Source: Plasmodiophora brassicae
Lineage: Eukaryota
DNA length: 64,000 bases
Assembly: GCA_036867785.1 (NCBI GenBank)
Contig: CP145420.1
Coordinates: 1,054,001-1,118,000 of the forward strand
Direction: 5' to 3'
Shown here: positions 22,683 through 33,978 of the stretch, in pieces
How the letters are laid out: every line of letters begins with the position of its first letter
Numbering within the stretch: position 1 is the first letter of the stretch
The notes under the pieces: generated by a model
Database searches by the model: none
Seen by the model: only the letters and a program-made list of their open reading frames with translations
Told to the model about the DNA's origin: nothing
Position numbers and translations under genes: made by a program

Positions 22683-25600
22683 ATGCGCCGACGACAGGGT
22701 TACGTTTTGGGTCGCCGCGTGCCGCTCGGCAGGGTGCACTTTGCGGCATCCGTCGACGCGACGTTCGGGGGGAGTAGGTACGACGTACGTAGGAAGCGCT
22801 GGGGCACGCAGCGCATGGCCCGAGCGACCCGGCAGGCGACGGCGCCGCGCGCCGGCCAGGTCGTCCTCCTGCTGGACGCGGTCGGTGTGCCCCGCGAGCA
22901 CGTCGGCCGCACCGGCGTCATTGCCGATGTGCGACCGTCCGCCTCTGTCGTCGTTGTCGTCGACGGCGACAGCGGCGCGCGCGAATCCGTTGACGTTCCA
23001 GCGGGGGCGTTCCTGACGGCTGAAACGCTGCTGTACAATGACAAAGGTAGGCTCGGCCACGTTCCGGGCGTACAACGCCCCCCTGAGCCCAGATCAGATT
23101 GTCTGTCGCCCATGAGGCCACCTCCTGGCCTACTTCACAAGCAGGATGATAGGAACAACGGTACAGTGCGCCTGTTGCCAGCGATAGGACCTCACGTTGA
23201 GCATGTTCGTAGGGAGAGTGGACGAAGAGGTGGACGAGGCCCTGTCATGCTGGGTCGAGTATGCTGTCGCGTTCATCGACCCTGAGACCTGCATTGACCT
23301 CTGCGTCATGTGCCTTGGAGGCGGAAGCCCAGCCGACTTTGTCAGATGCGCCTGCCGCGCGTCTACACATGCCTCTGGCTGACGCTCGGGCGCCGACACA
23401 GTTGATCTGCATCGACTGTGGAGAATGCTGTCACACGTACTGCATCGGCGATGCGACGACGACCATCACGGTGCGCTGTCTTTGTCGTCGTCCGTGTATC
23501 CATCGGTTGACGCTGTGCTAGCTGGCCCGTCGCGAGCGCTGGCGTTGCCCGAATTGCATGATCTGTATCGAGTGCGGGTCCGCCGACTGTGCCGAACAGC
23601 TGCTCCAGTGCGACATCTGCGATTCCGGAACGCACCTGGCGTGCACGCGCCCTCGTCTGTACAGGGTAATAGACGTGCCTTGCCGGTGCCGCTGTCGACG
23701 TTGCGCGTTGTGACGCTCCTGGCAGATTCCCGAGACGGCCTTTCTGTGTGGGCTGTGTGCTCCTTGCATTGGGTGCGGCCAACATCTTGCCAATCAAGAT
23801 ACCCGAATCTGTAGCAGCTGCGCGTCAGCACGACGGCAATGCATGCTTTGCCCTATCTGTCGGCAGGTCGCGTCTCCATGGATGGGTGCTGTTGTTCGAC
23901 GTGCCGCTGACGTCGCGATACCTGCAGTCGTGGCGAACAAATGACTCTGAACCCATGGTCCAGTGCGACCAGTGCGACCTGTGGGTACACTGCAACTGCG
24001 ATGGTACGAATTAGCAGGAGAATTACAAGGGAGTGGTGCTGACGCGTTTATCGCACAGGGATCGATGGCGATCAGTATGATGCACTCACGAACGATTTCA
24101 ACGCCACCTATTTCTGTCCGTTCTGTCGCTGCGATCGACCTTGGTCTCCCGGCCACCTGTCACCTGTTGATAGTGAGCAGTCGTCTTTGCCAGGTATGAT
24201 GCCGAATTGACACGGAAACTATCTCTCTCTTTCGCTCTCTCGCTCTCTCATGCAGTCGTGCCGTAGACTTGTTTGGTTCAATTCGGGAAATGGTCGCCCA
24301 GACGCAGGAGAAGCGCCGGCGTTCCCGCAGGAGGCTCCTGTTGAATACTGCTAGGCATTTGTCGAAGGTACGTTGTGGCATCTCGTATCAAACGCTGTCC
24401 ACTGAGTCGACCTATTTCCAGGGCAATGCCCATGTGAAGGTCCTGAGCCGGAAACGTCATTTCCGTCTCATCCGTCTGCTGCCAGCCGAAAGTGCAAAGC
24501 CACCGACTGCGCCTGTTGTCGACAAGAATGGGGCGGTGCCTGCTGCTTGCACCTGTATGCTTCCCGCGGCTGCTCGTTGGCATTTATATGTGATACCACC
24601 AACAGCATTTGCGAGCGTACTGTCGTCGTTCGTTGACAAGAGACAATGCTGTTTCTGCGGCGCGGTTGGCGACCTTTCAGATGCCGATCGCTCACGTCTT
24701 CTGCCATGTCGACGCGTCTGCATGATCATCAGGTAATGTTGTTTCAGGCGCGTTGCTCATCAACGTTACTGTAGGGCCTGTGGGCGCATGCGAATTGTAT
24801 AATCTATTCTTCGGCGACAATCGACTCTGAGACCGGCACGATAACCGGGATCGAGGCTGCGATAGGTCGGGCCCTATCAGCGATGTCGATAACTTGTCGC
24901 TGACAGAACGTAATGGTACAGAGAGAAGTCGCCAGTTACAATGTGAACAGTGTGGAGGATCAGGTGCTGGGCTCTCTTGCCGCGCGTCCAGCTGTCGTCG
25001 CTCCTATCACCTACACTGTGCAAGAACGAGTGGGTGTTTACCCGCTGGACCTGAGGGTATCAGCCAGTTCACCTGCCTGGATCACATGCCTCGTGGTGCC
25101 GCAAGCAAGCGCGTGCTCGGCGATATGGAATCCACGATCAGCCGGGTCCGTTCCTGCCTCACGGTTCCTCGCAATGTGCTGGAACAGCCTTGGTACGTTC
25201 CAGGTCTGTATCGAAACCTCAATGCTGTCCAACCTTATTCTCCGATAGGGCTTTCCCGTCCCCGACGCCGTCCATTCGCATCGGGGCGCTTACTGTGGAT
25301 CGGTTGCCGCAACGAGGTACCTTCGCATCCGAACTGTGTCATGCCAGCCAACCCGTCATTGTGGGGTGTAGGTCTTGTCGGGTTCTGCTCTCGTCGCATC
25401 TTCTGGTCGACGCTGGCGCCCGCCTCGCGAACCGTCTACACGTGCATGGTCAGTGAGGGCGTCCAGTTCACAATATCGGAAGGCGACCGGCCTGGATTTG
25501 TCATCCGCACGTCATCGGCCTCGTCCGCGTTCCAGGGTACGCGCTGCTGCGCTCGACGCTGGTGTTTCGCTGTGTAAATCACCCCGTTGCCAACAGCTCT

Positions 25601-25838
25601 CATCGAGGCCATCCCCGCGTTCATTGATCGTAACGCGAAACGCACGCCTGCGCCTGGAGGTGGCTATCTAGCGTTCGGTCTGACGGGTGACGTTTTCTTT
25701 GGATTCGGTATGCTCGCCACCCTCTCCCCCCTTTGTTGCTGATTGGCATCTGACGTCCGCTGCTTAGGTCATCCTGGCATACAACGGCTGACGTCGCTGG
25801 GGCAGCGGCGGCCGTCTCATCGGAGATTGGGCGCATGA
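22683..25838 (+). CDS. trithorax/KMT2-like chromatin protein: PHD fingers, extended PHD, FYRN/FYRC; no SET domain seen
   Basis: Cys/His patterns include MVQCDQCDLWVHCNCDG, CCFCG..WAHANC and CEQCG..GAGLSC..C..SYHLHCA. FYRN-like segments (IRIGALTV; GFCSRRIFWS..RTVYTC) and an FYRC-like FGLTGHPGIQRL precede the stop. Many introns; the ends are approximate. Confidence 0.72.
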
Positions 25839-25945
25839 CATTCTCGTTCGCGCCTTGAATCACGCTGGGTAATATTGCTTCGCAACTGCCAAGCGTTTAA
25901 TATATCGTGTTGCATTGTTCGAACGCGCGCGGCTGCGTTGCCGGG

Positions 25946-26425
25946 TTAATGGGATCGCGGCCGGGGCTGTTTCACGAGCTGCTCTGCAAAGCCCAACGAC
26001 GTCGCATTGCCGAGTAGGCGCTGTAGGGCGTCCAGGGTTTGGTTCTGCTCGCGAGGGATTGCCTTCCATTCGTCGGCGGTCACTGTCTCGCCCATCAGGT
26101 CGTGCGCCTTGGCGACCTCGAGCTTCTCCAGCAGCGACAAGAGCTGCGACTTGCCCTCGTGCGCATTGGCATACGCCGGACGCAACTGGTTGACCAGGCC
26201 TGCTAGCCGGATGGCGTGCAGCAGGTCGCTCTTGAGCCGGCTCTGCTGCCAGAAACTGTAGATCAGCGTGCCCGAGGCGACGACGGCGAACAGGTTCCCG
26301 AACCAGGTCACGACCGAGATGGCGATGTTGTTCTGGAAGTAGATGCCCAGCAGGACCTTGAGCAGGCTGAGCACGGCGCTGACGATCGAACAGACGATGA
26401 TGATGATGTTGGCCACGTCAGCCAT
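25946..26425 (-). CDS. hypothetical 2-TM protein, tandem paralog A
   Basis: Intronless 159-aa ORF with two N-terminal hydrophobic helices; aligns end-to-end with 26562-27095. Confidence 0.75.
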   Translation of the reverse strand: MADVANIIIIVCSIVSAVLSLLKVLLGIYFQNNIAISVVTWFGNLFAVVASGTLIYSFWQQSRLKSDLLHAIRLAGLVNQLRPAYANAHEGKSQLLSLLEKLEVAKAHDLMGETVTADEWKAIPREQNQTLDALQRLLGNATSLGFAEQLVKQPRPRSH

Positions 26426-26561
26426 CGCTCAGCGGGTTTGACTCCAGACATGGTGCGCGTGCCCCTCGTCGGGCAATCGGGCACAGGGTCCTACGATGGC
26501 ACTGTGCGTCGGCATCGTTCCTATCGCTGCAAGCACACTGGCTATCGGTATGGCTGCGGTT

Positions 26562-27095
26562 TTAATCGAACGCTGAGGGTGGGGGCGGCTGCAACGTGAG
26601 GAACCGGGCGAATTCGATCGGGGTCGCGAACGACAACAGTTTCTTCAGGGAGCTGAGATTCTGGCCCTGTTTTAACGGGATTGCAAGCCATTCGTCGGCG
26701 TCGAGGTCGTTGCCGACAAACCGGCCAGGCCTCGTGCTCTCGAGCTTATCGAGGATGGACAGCAGGTGCCGGCTGCCCTGTTTGGCGTTCCCGTAAGACG
26801 CCCGGAGCTGATTGGTCAGGCCCGTCACGGTGATGGTGGTCAGGGTGTCCCGCGTGCGCTGGTTCTGCTGCCTGTAGCTGTAGATGAGGCCGACGGACGA
26901 GGCGACCGTGAGCACGTCGGCCAGCCAGGTCAGGATGGAGATGGCGATGCTGTCCGTGACGGCCAGGCCCAGTGCGATCTTGCACAGGTTGAAGATGGCG
27001 CTGAGCATCGAGCAGGATATGATGGCGATGTCGATCACATGCGGTGCATAGCGCGACGCGATGTCGACAACGGCTCCAGGTTGTCGTAACTGCAT
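26562..27095 (-). CDS. hypothetical 2-TM protein, tandem paralog B
   Basis: Shares IAIS..TW, LIYS..QQ, GL.NQLR..Y.NA..G, LLS.L.KLE and ADEW.AIP..Q.Q.L with paralog A. Confidence 0.75.
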   Translation of the reverse strand: MQLRQPGAVVDIASRYAPHVIDIAIISCSMLSAIFNLCKIALGLAVTDSIAISILTWLADVLTVASSVGLIYSYRQQNQRTRDTLTTITVTGLTNQLRASYGNAKQGSRHLLSILDKLESTRPGRFVGNDLDADEWLAIPLKQGQNLSSLKKLLSFATPIEFARFLTLQPPPPSAFD

Positions 27096-27371
27096 TCTGA
27101 AGTGGGCACGCGCCCGTCAGGTCTCCTGTGTCAATACTGGACCCGATCGCGATACGCGGGTACGTCTGAGCGCTGATGGGCGCGGCATGACGTGTCGGTG
27201 TCCACTCTGCCAGTCGCCGTGCCGGGCGTGCGCCTTGGCCTGGCACGGCGCGGGGTCCAGATATAGTCCTCGCCAACGCGAAGGAGGGCGCCGGGTTCGT
27301 GTGCCGGGGACTTCGGGACGTCGCTCTCACACACACCCATCGGTACCCTGACGGCCCTGTACGGCGACGCA

Positions 27372-28752
27372 ATGCCCATCGGCGGCCATCCCAGCAGTCG
27401 CTTCCTGCCGATGCTCATCGTCATCGTGGCGCGCACGAACGCGGTCACACTCCGATCCAGCGACGGCGGCCTGCACTATGTCCACACGTCGGCCGCCGTC
27501 GCCCATTCCCGCCCGCTGGACGAGATGACGCGGTACGCCGGATGCGGCGACCACGACCCCGTCTGCCTGCCGGGCATCGCCGACCCCGACCTGCGTCTCG
27601 TCGTGCAATTCATGAACGCGATTCGAATCAACGAGGTACAACGCGGGCGGGTTGCTGTGCCGACACGCCTGGCACATGACGATCCGTCCAACGTAGGGTT
27701 CGCGAGCGACGCAATGGACCCGGGACCGCCTCGCATCGATGGACCTGGGAGCGACGTGCCGGCTGCTGGCGGCCGCGTACCAGCTCGACCTGCGCCTGCT
27801 CATGACCGCCATCGCCTCGGCGACGACGCGCACCTGGGGCGACATCCCTGCCATGCGCGAGATGCTGCCGCCGGGTGCCCTGCGCTTCCTGGTGGACAGC
27901 GCCCCCGGGTTCGTTCGACTGGCGCGGGCGGCCAGCACCGCCGACCAGAAGGAGATCGTCGGGCGGATCCGCGACCTTCTCGTCCGCGGTGGCAGGGCCA
28001 CGTTCGTCAACAACGCGCGATGGTGCCAGTTCGGCGCCGTCCTGCACTGGGCCGTGTGGCGCGACGAAGCACCGGTCGTCGAGCTCCTCCTGCGCCTACC
28101 CGGTATTGATGTCAACGCGCCCGACAACTTCATGCAGGCGCCCCTGCACTGTGCAGCGACGTCGCCGGGTCGGGGCCACCTCGTCGGGCTGCTGCTGATG
28201 GCCCCCGGGATCGATGTGAACGCGCGCGATCACCTACAGAAGACGGCGCTGCACGTCGCCGTGATGTACGGGCGCGACGACGTCGTCCGCATGCTTCTGA
28301 AGGCGCCCGACGTGGACGTCAACGCGGGCGACCTGGACCAGATGACGCCATTGCATTGGGCGTCGGCCCTGGGGTTCGCCCCGATCGTCAGGCTGCTGCT
28401 GGCCGCCCCAGAGATCGACGTCGACGCGCGCGACCGATACCAAACGACGCCGTTGCACAGGGCGGCGTCCTCGGGGCGTCGCGCCGTCGTCCACGAGTTG
28501 CTGCTGCGGCGCGCCGCCGAGGTGAACGTTGAGGCGCGCGATATCGCCGGCAGGACGCCATTGCATTGCGCCGCGTCGAACGGGCACGACGACATTGTCG
28601 AGATGCTGCTGAAGCGACGCGGCCCGCCGGATCCCCTTGTGGCCCCTGCGGGCGACCAGAGCGAACGTCGACCGCGGCTCAGTACGTTCGGGGTCTTGCG
28701 CGTCCTGAAGAGGTGGGCCAGCTGGCCGAAGACGAAGCGGGGCGGCTGCTAG
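27372..28752 (+). CDS. secreted SKP1/BTB-like + ankyrin-repeat protein (copy 3)
   Basis: FLPMLIVIVARTNA signal, then VTLRSSDGGLHYV..AAVAHS, an intron at 27636-27696, and about 6 ankyrin repeats. Confidence 0.85.
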
Positions 28753-28867
28753 GGCGCGTGGCGTGGGGAGGGTCCCGAAGGTTCCGCCCTAAACCGAAAC
28801 GAAATTGTATTGCACACAGTAGGCCGTTCTACTGGGGCGAATCGCATACGACAAACAAACCCGGCCC

Positions 28868-29296
28868 TTAGCCGATGACGATGCCACACGACAGCGTCCC
28901 GAGGACGGTCAACATCAAGGTCGAGGTGCCCGGCAACGTGTGGGCCGAGGACGACGCTGCAAAGGCACCCGTTGCCTGGACGCTCCTTGATGTTGCCCCT
29001 GGCATTCGTTGGCGCCGGCGCGCTCGTTGCCCGCGTGATCGGTACCCGCAGGCTCTTCGCTTTGGGGCGGCCACTGGTCCGGCCTGGGCGCGTTGCCGAT
29101 GATGTCGTCCGGGATGGCGCCCCGCGGGAAGAACCAGGTGACGATGCCGGCGGCGTCCCACAGCGTCGCGTACACGCCGCCGCCGTTGGCGTTGAAGTCG
29201 GCGCCCGTACGACCCGGGCGTGTACGCCAGGTTGGCGCAGCCGGTGGCGTCGGTGCCCACCAGGCACTCCTGGCCGACGCTGACGGCCGTCTGCCT
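28868..29296 (-). pseudogene. GH16 (Lam16A-like beta-glucanase) C-terminal fragment, frameshifted
   Basis: GC..PGSYG/ADFNANGGGVYATLW..GIVTWFFPRGAIPDDI..PRPDQW, with an extra base at about 29204-29206. No catalytic EIDIIE region or start codon is seen. Confidence 0.6.
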
Positions 29297-29400
29297 ATCC
29301 GGTCAGCCGCCTCGCGTGTTGGATGACCGGCGTCGGTCGTGTACGTATTTATGATGAACCGGACAGGAACGGAACGCGACGACGACGAGCGGCGCGCGGG

Positions 29401-32034
29401 CTAGGACGCGTGCGCGGCGAGCCGCCGGTACCGGAAACAGTTGCAGAGGCGCTCCAGCGCCTGGCGCAGGCAGGCCGACGGCATCGACGACGACGCGTCG
29501 ACGATCGGGGGCGGGTGCGGCACGTCCCAGCTGACCAACGTGCGGGTCGGTCGGGCGACCGATGGCGTGGCATCGCTGGCGGCGACCTGGACCCGGTGCC
29601 GACGGTTCAGCGTCGACAGGCGCGTCGGGTCGCATGGACGGCGGCAGGCGTCGCAGGCGGGCGTACCGGCGTCGGCGGGGGGCGACGACGGGTCGGCGGC
29701 GCCCGGGTGCCCGATGTAGACCTCGAGGACCTGCCGGTCGAAGTCGAGGACCCAGGTGTCGCCCGGCGTCGTCGCCACGCTGATCGAGCGCGACTCGTGG
29801 AAGTGGGTGGCGGGCAGGAACACCTCGGTGACGAGGCGGGCGGGCGCCAGGCCGATCGGTTGCCGGGGCCAGGGCTGCGATTCGAGGCACGACGGGCAGA
29901 CGCGCAGCGACGACTCGAACTGGAAGTCCAGGCGGGACGCGTCCGCGTCGAAGGCGAACGCGCGCGCCAGGCCGCAGGTGGCCCTGGGGAACGGGCGCAC
30001 GAGGACGCTGGCGCAGCGGGGCCGCCCGCGCCCGTCGACCACGCTCAGGTTCTCGCCGTTCCACCGGTCGCCGTACACGTCGTCGTTGTCGCTGACGTAG
30101 GTCCACAGCGTGGCGTTCAGCAGGTTCCGCTCGATGGCGCGCAGGTTGGCGTCCAGCGCCCGGCGCCTGGACGCCTCGCCGGGCATGTCGAACGGGACGC
30201 CGATCTCGCCGAGCAGGACGGGGAAGTCGCCGACGAGGTCGGCGCCCTCCTCGGCGATCAGCGCCAGCTGGCTCTGCATGCCGCGCCTAATCGCCGGGTA
30301 CCCGAGGCGCAGCGCGCCGACCAGCGTCTTCAGGCCGCGTAGCACGTGCAGGTAGTCGACGTTGAACGGGTACAGGTCCTTGTTGATCAGCGTCAGGCCG
30401 TCGTACCAGTGCGGGGCGTAGACCAGGTCGCGATGCAGGTCGTCGTCGTCCTGGGCGCCGCTGTCCAGGAACGGCGGCCGCTCGTTGACGGGCGGGTCGA
30501 GGAAGATCCGCATGCGGGGGACGACGCGGCGCAGGGCACGCGCGAACCGACGAACGAACGGCAACCAGAACGCGTCGATGAACGTGTCGGCGTCGTGCCG
30601 AGGCGCAAAGTACGCCGGGTCGAGGAGCGCGCCCGACGTCGCGTCCCAGACGCCATGGCCGGCCCAGATGCAGCAGCCGTCGGGCAGGTCGGGCGTTGCG
30701 ATCGCCGCGTCGACGTGCCTCAGGACGTCCCTGTTGACGGTGACGCGGGTCCCGTTCGCCGCGTTCAGACCGGCGGCGCGAAGGTCGCGCGGCGCGGGCC
30801 GCCTGGGCAACCAGGCCGACGCGCCCTGGCCGTTGACCTCGACGAGGCCGTCCCAGGTCGGGCCGTACCACGCGACGCGATAGTCGCTGATGGTCTCCGC
30901 GTACCCAGCCCCGAGCCTCAGCGCCTGGAACGGCGTCGGGGTCGGCCCGCTGCGAAACGTCTGCCAGGGCAGGTGCCCGGTGATGTCCGGGCACCCGATC
31001 CACCCGGGGTCGGGCTCGTTCAGCGAATCCCAGCCGAGGACCGCCACGTCGGCGTCGTGGACGCGCCTGGCGACGTACGTCATGGCGGACACGAAGTGCG
31101 CCTGGAGATAGTCCTGGACGTTGTACCGGGCGCCATCATCGTCGGCGTCGTCGACGAGAAACCGGGGCGCGAACCGCCGACCCCTATGGTGTGTACAGTG
31201 AGACCCGGGTAACGCGCGCCCGACGTTCGATGGCACGCACCCGAAGAACAGGGTGAACATGGTGGCACTGGCAAGTTTGGCATCTAGACGGGAGGGGGGC
31301 GCGCACGGGTCAGGCCATCGGGAAACGCAGACGCAGGTGTCGTCGTTACAGTTCGTCTGCCAGATCATCGCCGGGTAATCCTCGACGCGACGCCGCTTGT
31401 CCGCCTTCAGCCACTGCGAGTGGCAGATGGCGGCGCCCGACTCGAGAAACGCCTCCGCGTTGAGGCCGGCCAGGCGCAAGGTCCAGTTCGGGGCCCCGCT
31501 CCCGCCGCAGCTGTCCACCGAGAACGGGCGTCGTCAGCCACCAACGGATACGCACGAGACGACGACGACGACCGCCTACTGTCGCGACCACACGTCCTGG
31601 TGTGGGTCCAGGAAGCAGGACAGGCCGTGGCGGGACGCCCGTCGTATGATTTCGATCAGGTAGTCGACGTAGTCGTCGTCGTAGATGCCCGGGCCGAAGT
31701 GCTCGACGGCCTCCCAGGTCAGCACCAGGCGGATGACGTTGAACCCCCACGACCGGATCCGGCTCAGGTGCAGGTCGGCCTCGTCGAGCGGGAACGGCCG
31801 CCCGACGAAGCTGACGTCCAGGTCGTTGAAGAACGCGCCATCGCCGTCCTCGTACGATGGCAGGTACGGGCGGAACGGCAGCTTGCACGACCCGGACAGG
31901 TTGACGCCGCGCAGGATCAGTCGCCTGCCATGCTCGTCGATGAACCACGGCCCGGCGGTCGACACCCCCGCCGACGCCGACGCCGCCAGCTTTGTAGCAG
32001 CGGCGACGACCTCACCTGACTATGACGGCGTCAT
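29401..32034 (-). CDS. GH5 endoglycoceramidase-related / steryl-beta-glucosidase (EGCrP-like)
   Basis: FIDEHGRRLILRGVNLSG, FVGRPFPL, WEAVEH.GPG.YD, DPHQDVWSR, WDSLNEP (acid/base), APHWYDG, LLGEIG (nucleophile), GDRWNGENLS. The start is uncertain. Confidence 0.88.
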
Positions 32035-32443
32035 GCACCGGGGGGGCGCGCGCGCGTGCTCCGTCGCCCCCTCGCCGAAGGCGTGATTCAGGTCAAACCC
32101 CGCAGGGGGAGAGCTGAGGCGCGGGCGTCGCGACACGCGCCTTCTCCCGGGGGCGCCAACCTATTTCGGGGGGTCCCCTCTTACACACTCCCCCCGTCGG
32201 CCTATTTTTGGACCACTGGGCACTGCACTGGCCGACTGCACTGCATTGCAGCTCGGCCACGTGCCTGCTGCAATCTCATGTATACAGGCGAGACGTGGCC
32301 CATCGTCAGGAGGTGGTGGGCATGGCGGCAAAACCGGTCCGAGCTGCACATGCAGCGCGCCCAGTGTGGATCCTATATTTGGGACGGCTGCTGCCGGGCC
32401 GCGGATGAAGTGCCGCGCACGCGCGCGTCCGCTGTCGCGTCAG

Positions 32444-33904
32444 ATGGTGCCGATCATGGACTGCGAGGTGGAGCGCCGGTTCTTCGGCCGCCACCTGGAG
32501 GCGCTGCCGTCGGTCTACGCGCCGCTCTGCTCCAACCGCATGACGCTGCTGTACTTCACGGTCGCGGCGCTGGACCTGCTGGACGCGCGGCCGGCCGGCG
32601 ACGCGGCGCGCGCCATCTGTGCCTGGATCATGGCGCAGTTCGTCAGGAGCGACCGTGTCGGCGGGTTTCGCGGTGGATCGTACCTCGGGGCGTCGTACGA
32701 CCCGAGCGGAACCATGCCCGTTCATCGCCACGATGAAGGCCATCTGGCAATGACGTACACCGCGCGTACGTGGCCGCGCTGCTGCCGATGGACGAGGTTG
32801 CCTGAACCACGTTTGCCTCCAGTCTGCACGCTGTTCGCGTTGGAGTACGACTTCGCCGGCTTTGACTGGAGCGGCATCGTTCGGTCGATGGGTGCACTGC
32901 AGCGCTCCGATGGCAGGTACGTTCCGTTGTCGACGAGGGCATCCCCTCGGTCGGTTGCTGATCCAGGCGGGCAGTTTCGCGCCCACGATCGCCAGCACCG
33001 ATATCGACAGCCGGTTCACGTTCTGCGCGTAACGCCCCCGACCCCCACGTGCGTTCGTATGACGCCGCTGCTCGCTGATGAAGGACGCCCAGGTGTGCGG
33101 TCGCGTGGATGGCCGGCGACTGGAGCGGCATCGACCGGGACCTGGCGACGGGCTACCTCCTGAAGTGTGTCAGCTTCGACGGCGCGTTCGGTTTCGCGCC
33201 TGGCCAGGAAGGGCACGGTACGTCGCTCTGTGCGAGGCCGGCGCCGTCCCGGGCCGCTGTCTAACGCGCCCCGTTCAGGCGGTTCGACCTACATTGCCGT
33301 TGCGTCCTTGTTCCTGATGGGCCGGCTGGACCGGCTGAGTCGGCACCAGCGACGAAGAACGATCGCGTGGTGCATCAGGAAGCAGGGCGACGGGTACCAT
33401 GGCCGAACGAACAAGCCTGCCGATTCCTGCTACTCCTACTGGCGTATATATATCTCCTGCGTGTCATCGGTCGCCTGCGTTTGCTGAATGCTGTGCGCTT
33501 GTTGTAGTCGGGGCGGCCCTTCGCCTGCTGGGCGCCGAGCAGTACACCGCCAAGTCGTCCAATCGTGACTTCAACCTGTCGTGCAAGACCGTGTGTGGCG
33601 GGTTCGGCAAGGTGGGCATGGAAGCGCTTGCGACGCGCCGCTAGTTCGTCTCGTGGATGTCTGACGTCGCCGGTTCAGTTGCCCGGGTGCGACCCCGACT
33701 TGATGCACTCCATGTACGGTCGTCGTTCGGTGGGGGTGCCATCGCCCCTGGACCTCGCTCTCACACTCGTCGTGTGTGTACAGGATGGGTACGGCCGGCC
33801 TGAGCATCATTGGCATGGACAGCAGCGTCCTGCTGCCGTTCGACGTTGCGATAGGCGTCACGGCGCGAACGTCCTCGACCATCCATACACGTTCGTCGCA
33901 GTAG
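32444..33904 (+). CDS. PGGT1B: geranylgeranyl transferase type-I beta subunit, multi-exon
   Basis: NRMTLLYF..ALDLL, GFRGG, HLAMTYTA, DSRFTFCA, PGQEGHGGSTY, GRTNKPADSCYSYW, DLMHS. Confidence 0.9.
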
Positions 33905-33978
33905 GCCCGCGCGTTCGTCGTCCTCGATCATCGTCAGCAATATCTTTGCTGGGCCGTACCTGGCTCTGCGCTGTGGGG

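Noticed and set aside
28787-28795. CCCTAAACC as a telomerase-RNA template or telomeric seed
   Set aside because: A single 9-mer in a 3' UTR, with no recognisable snRNA-type promoter or supporting structure; expected by chance.
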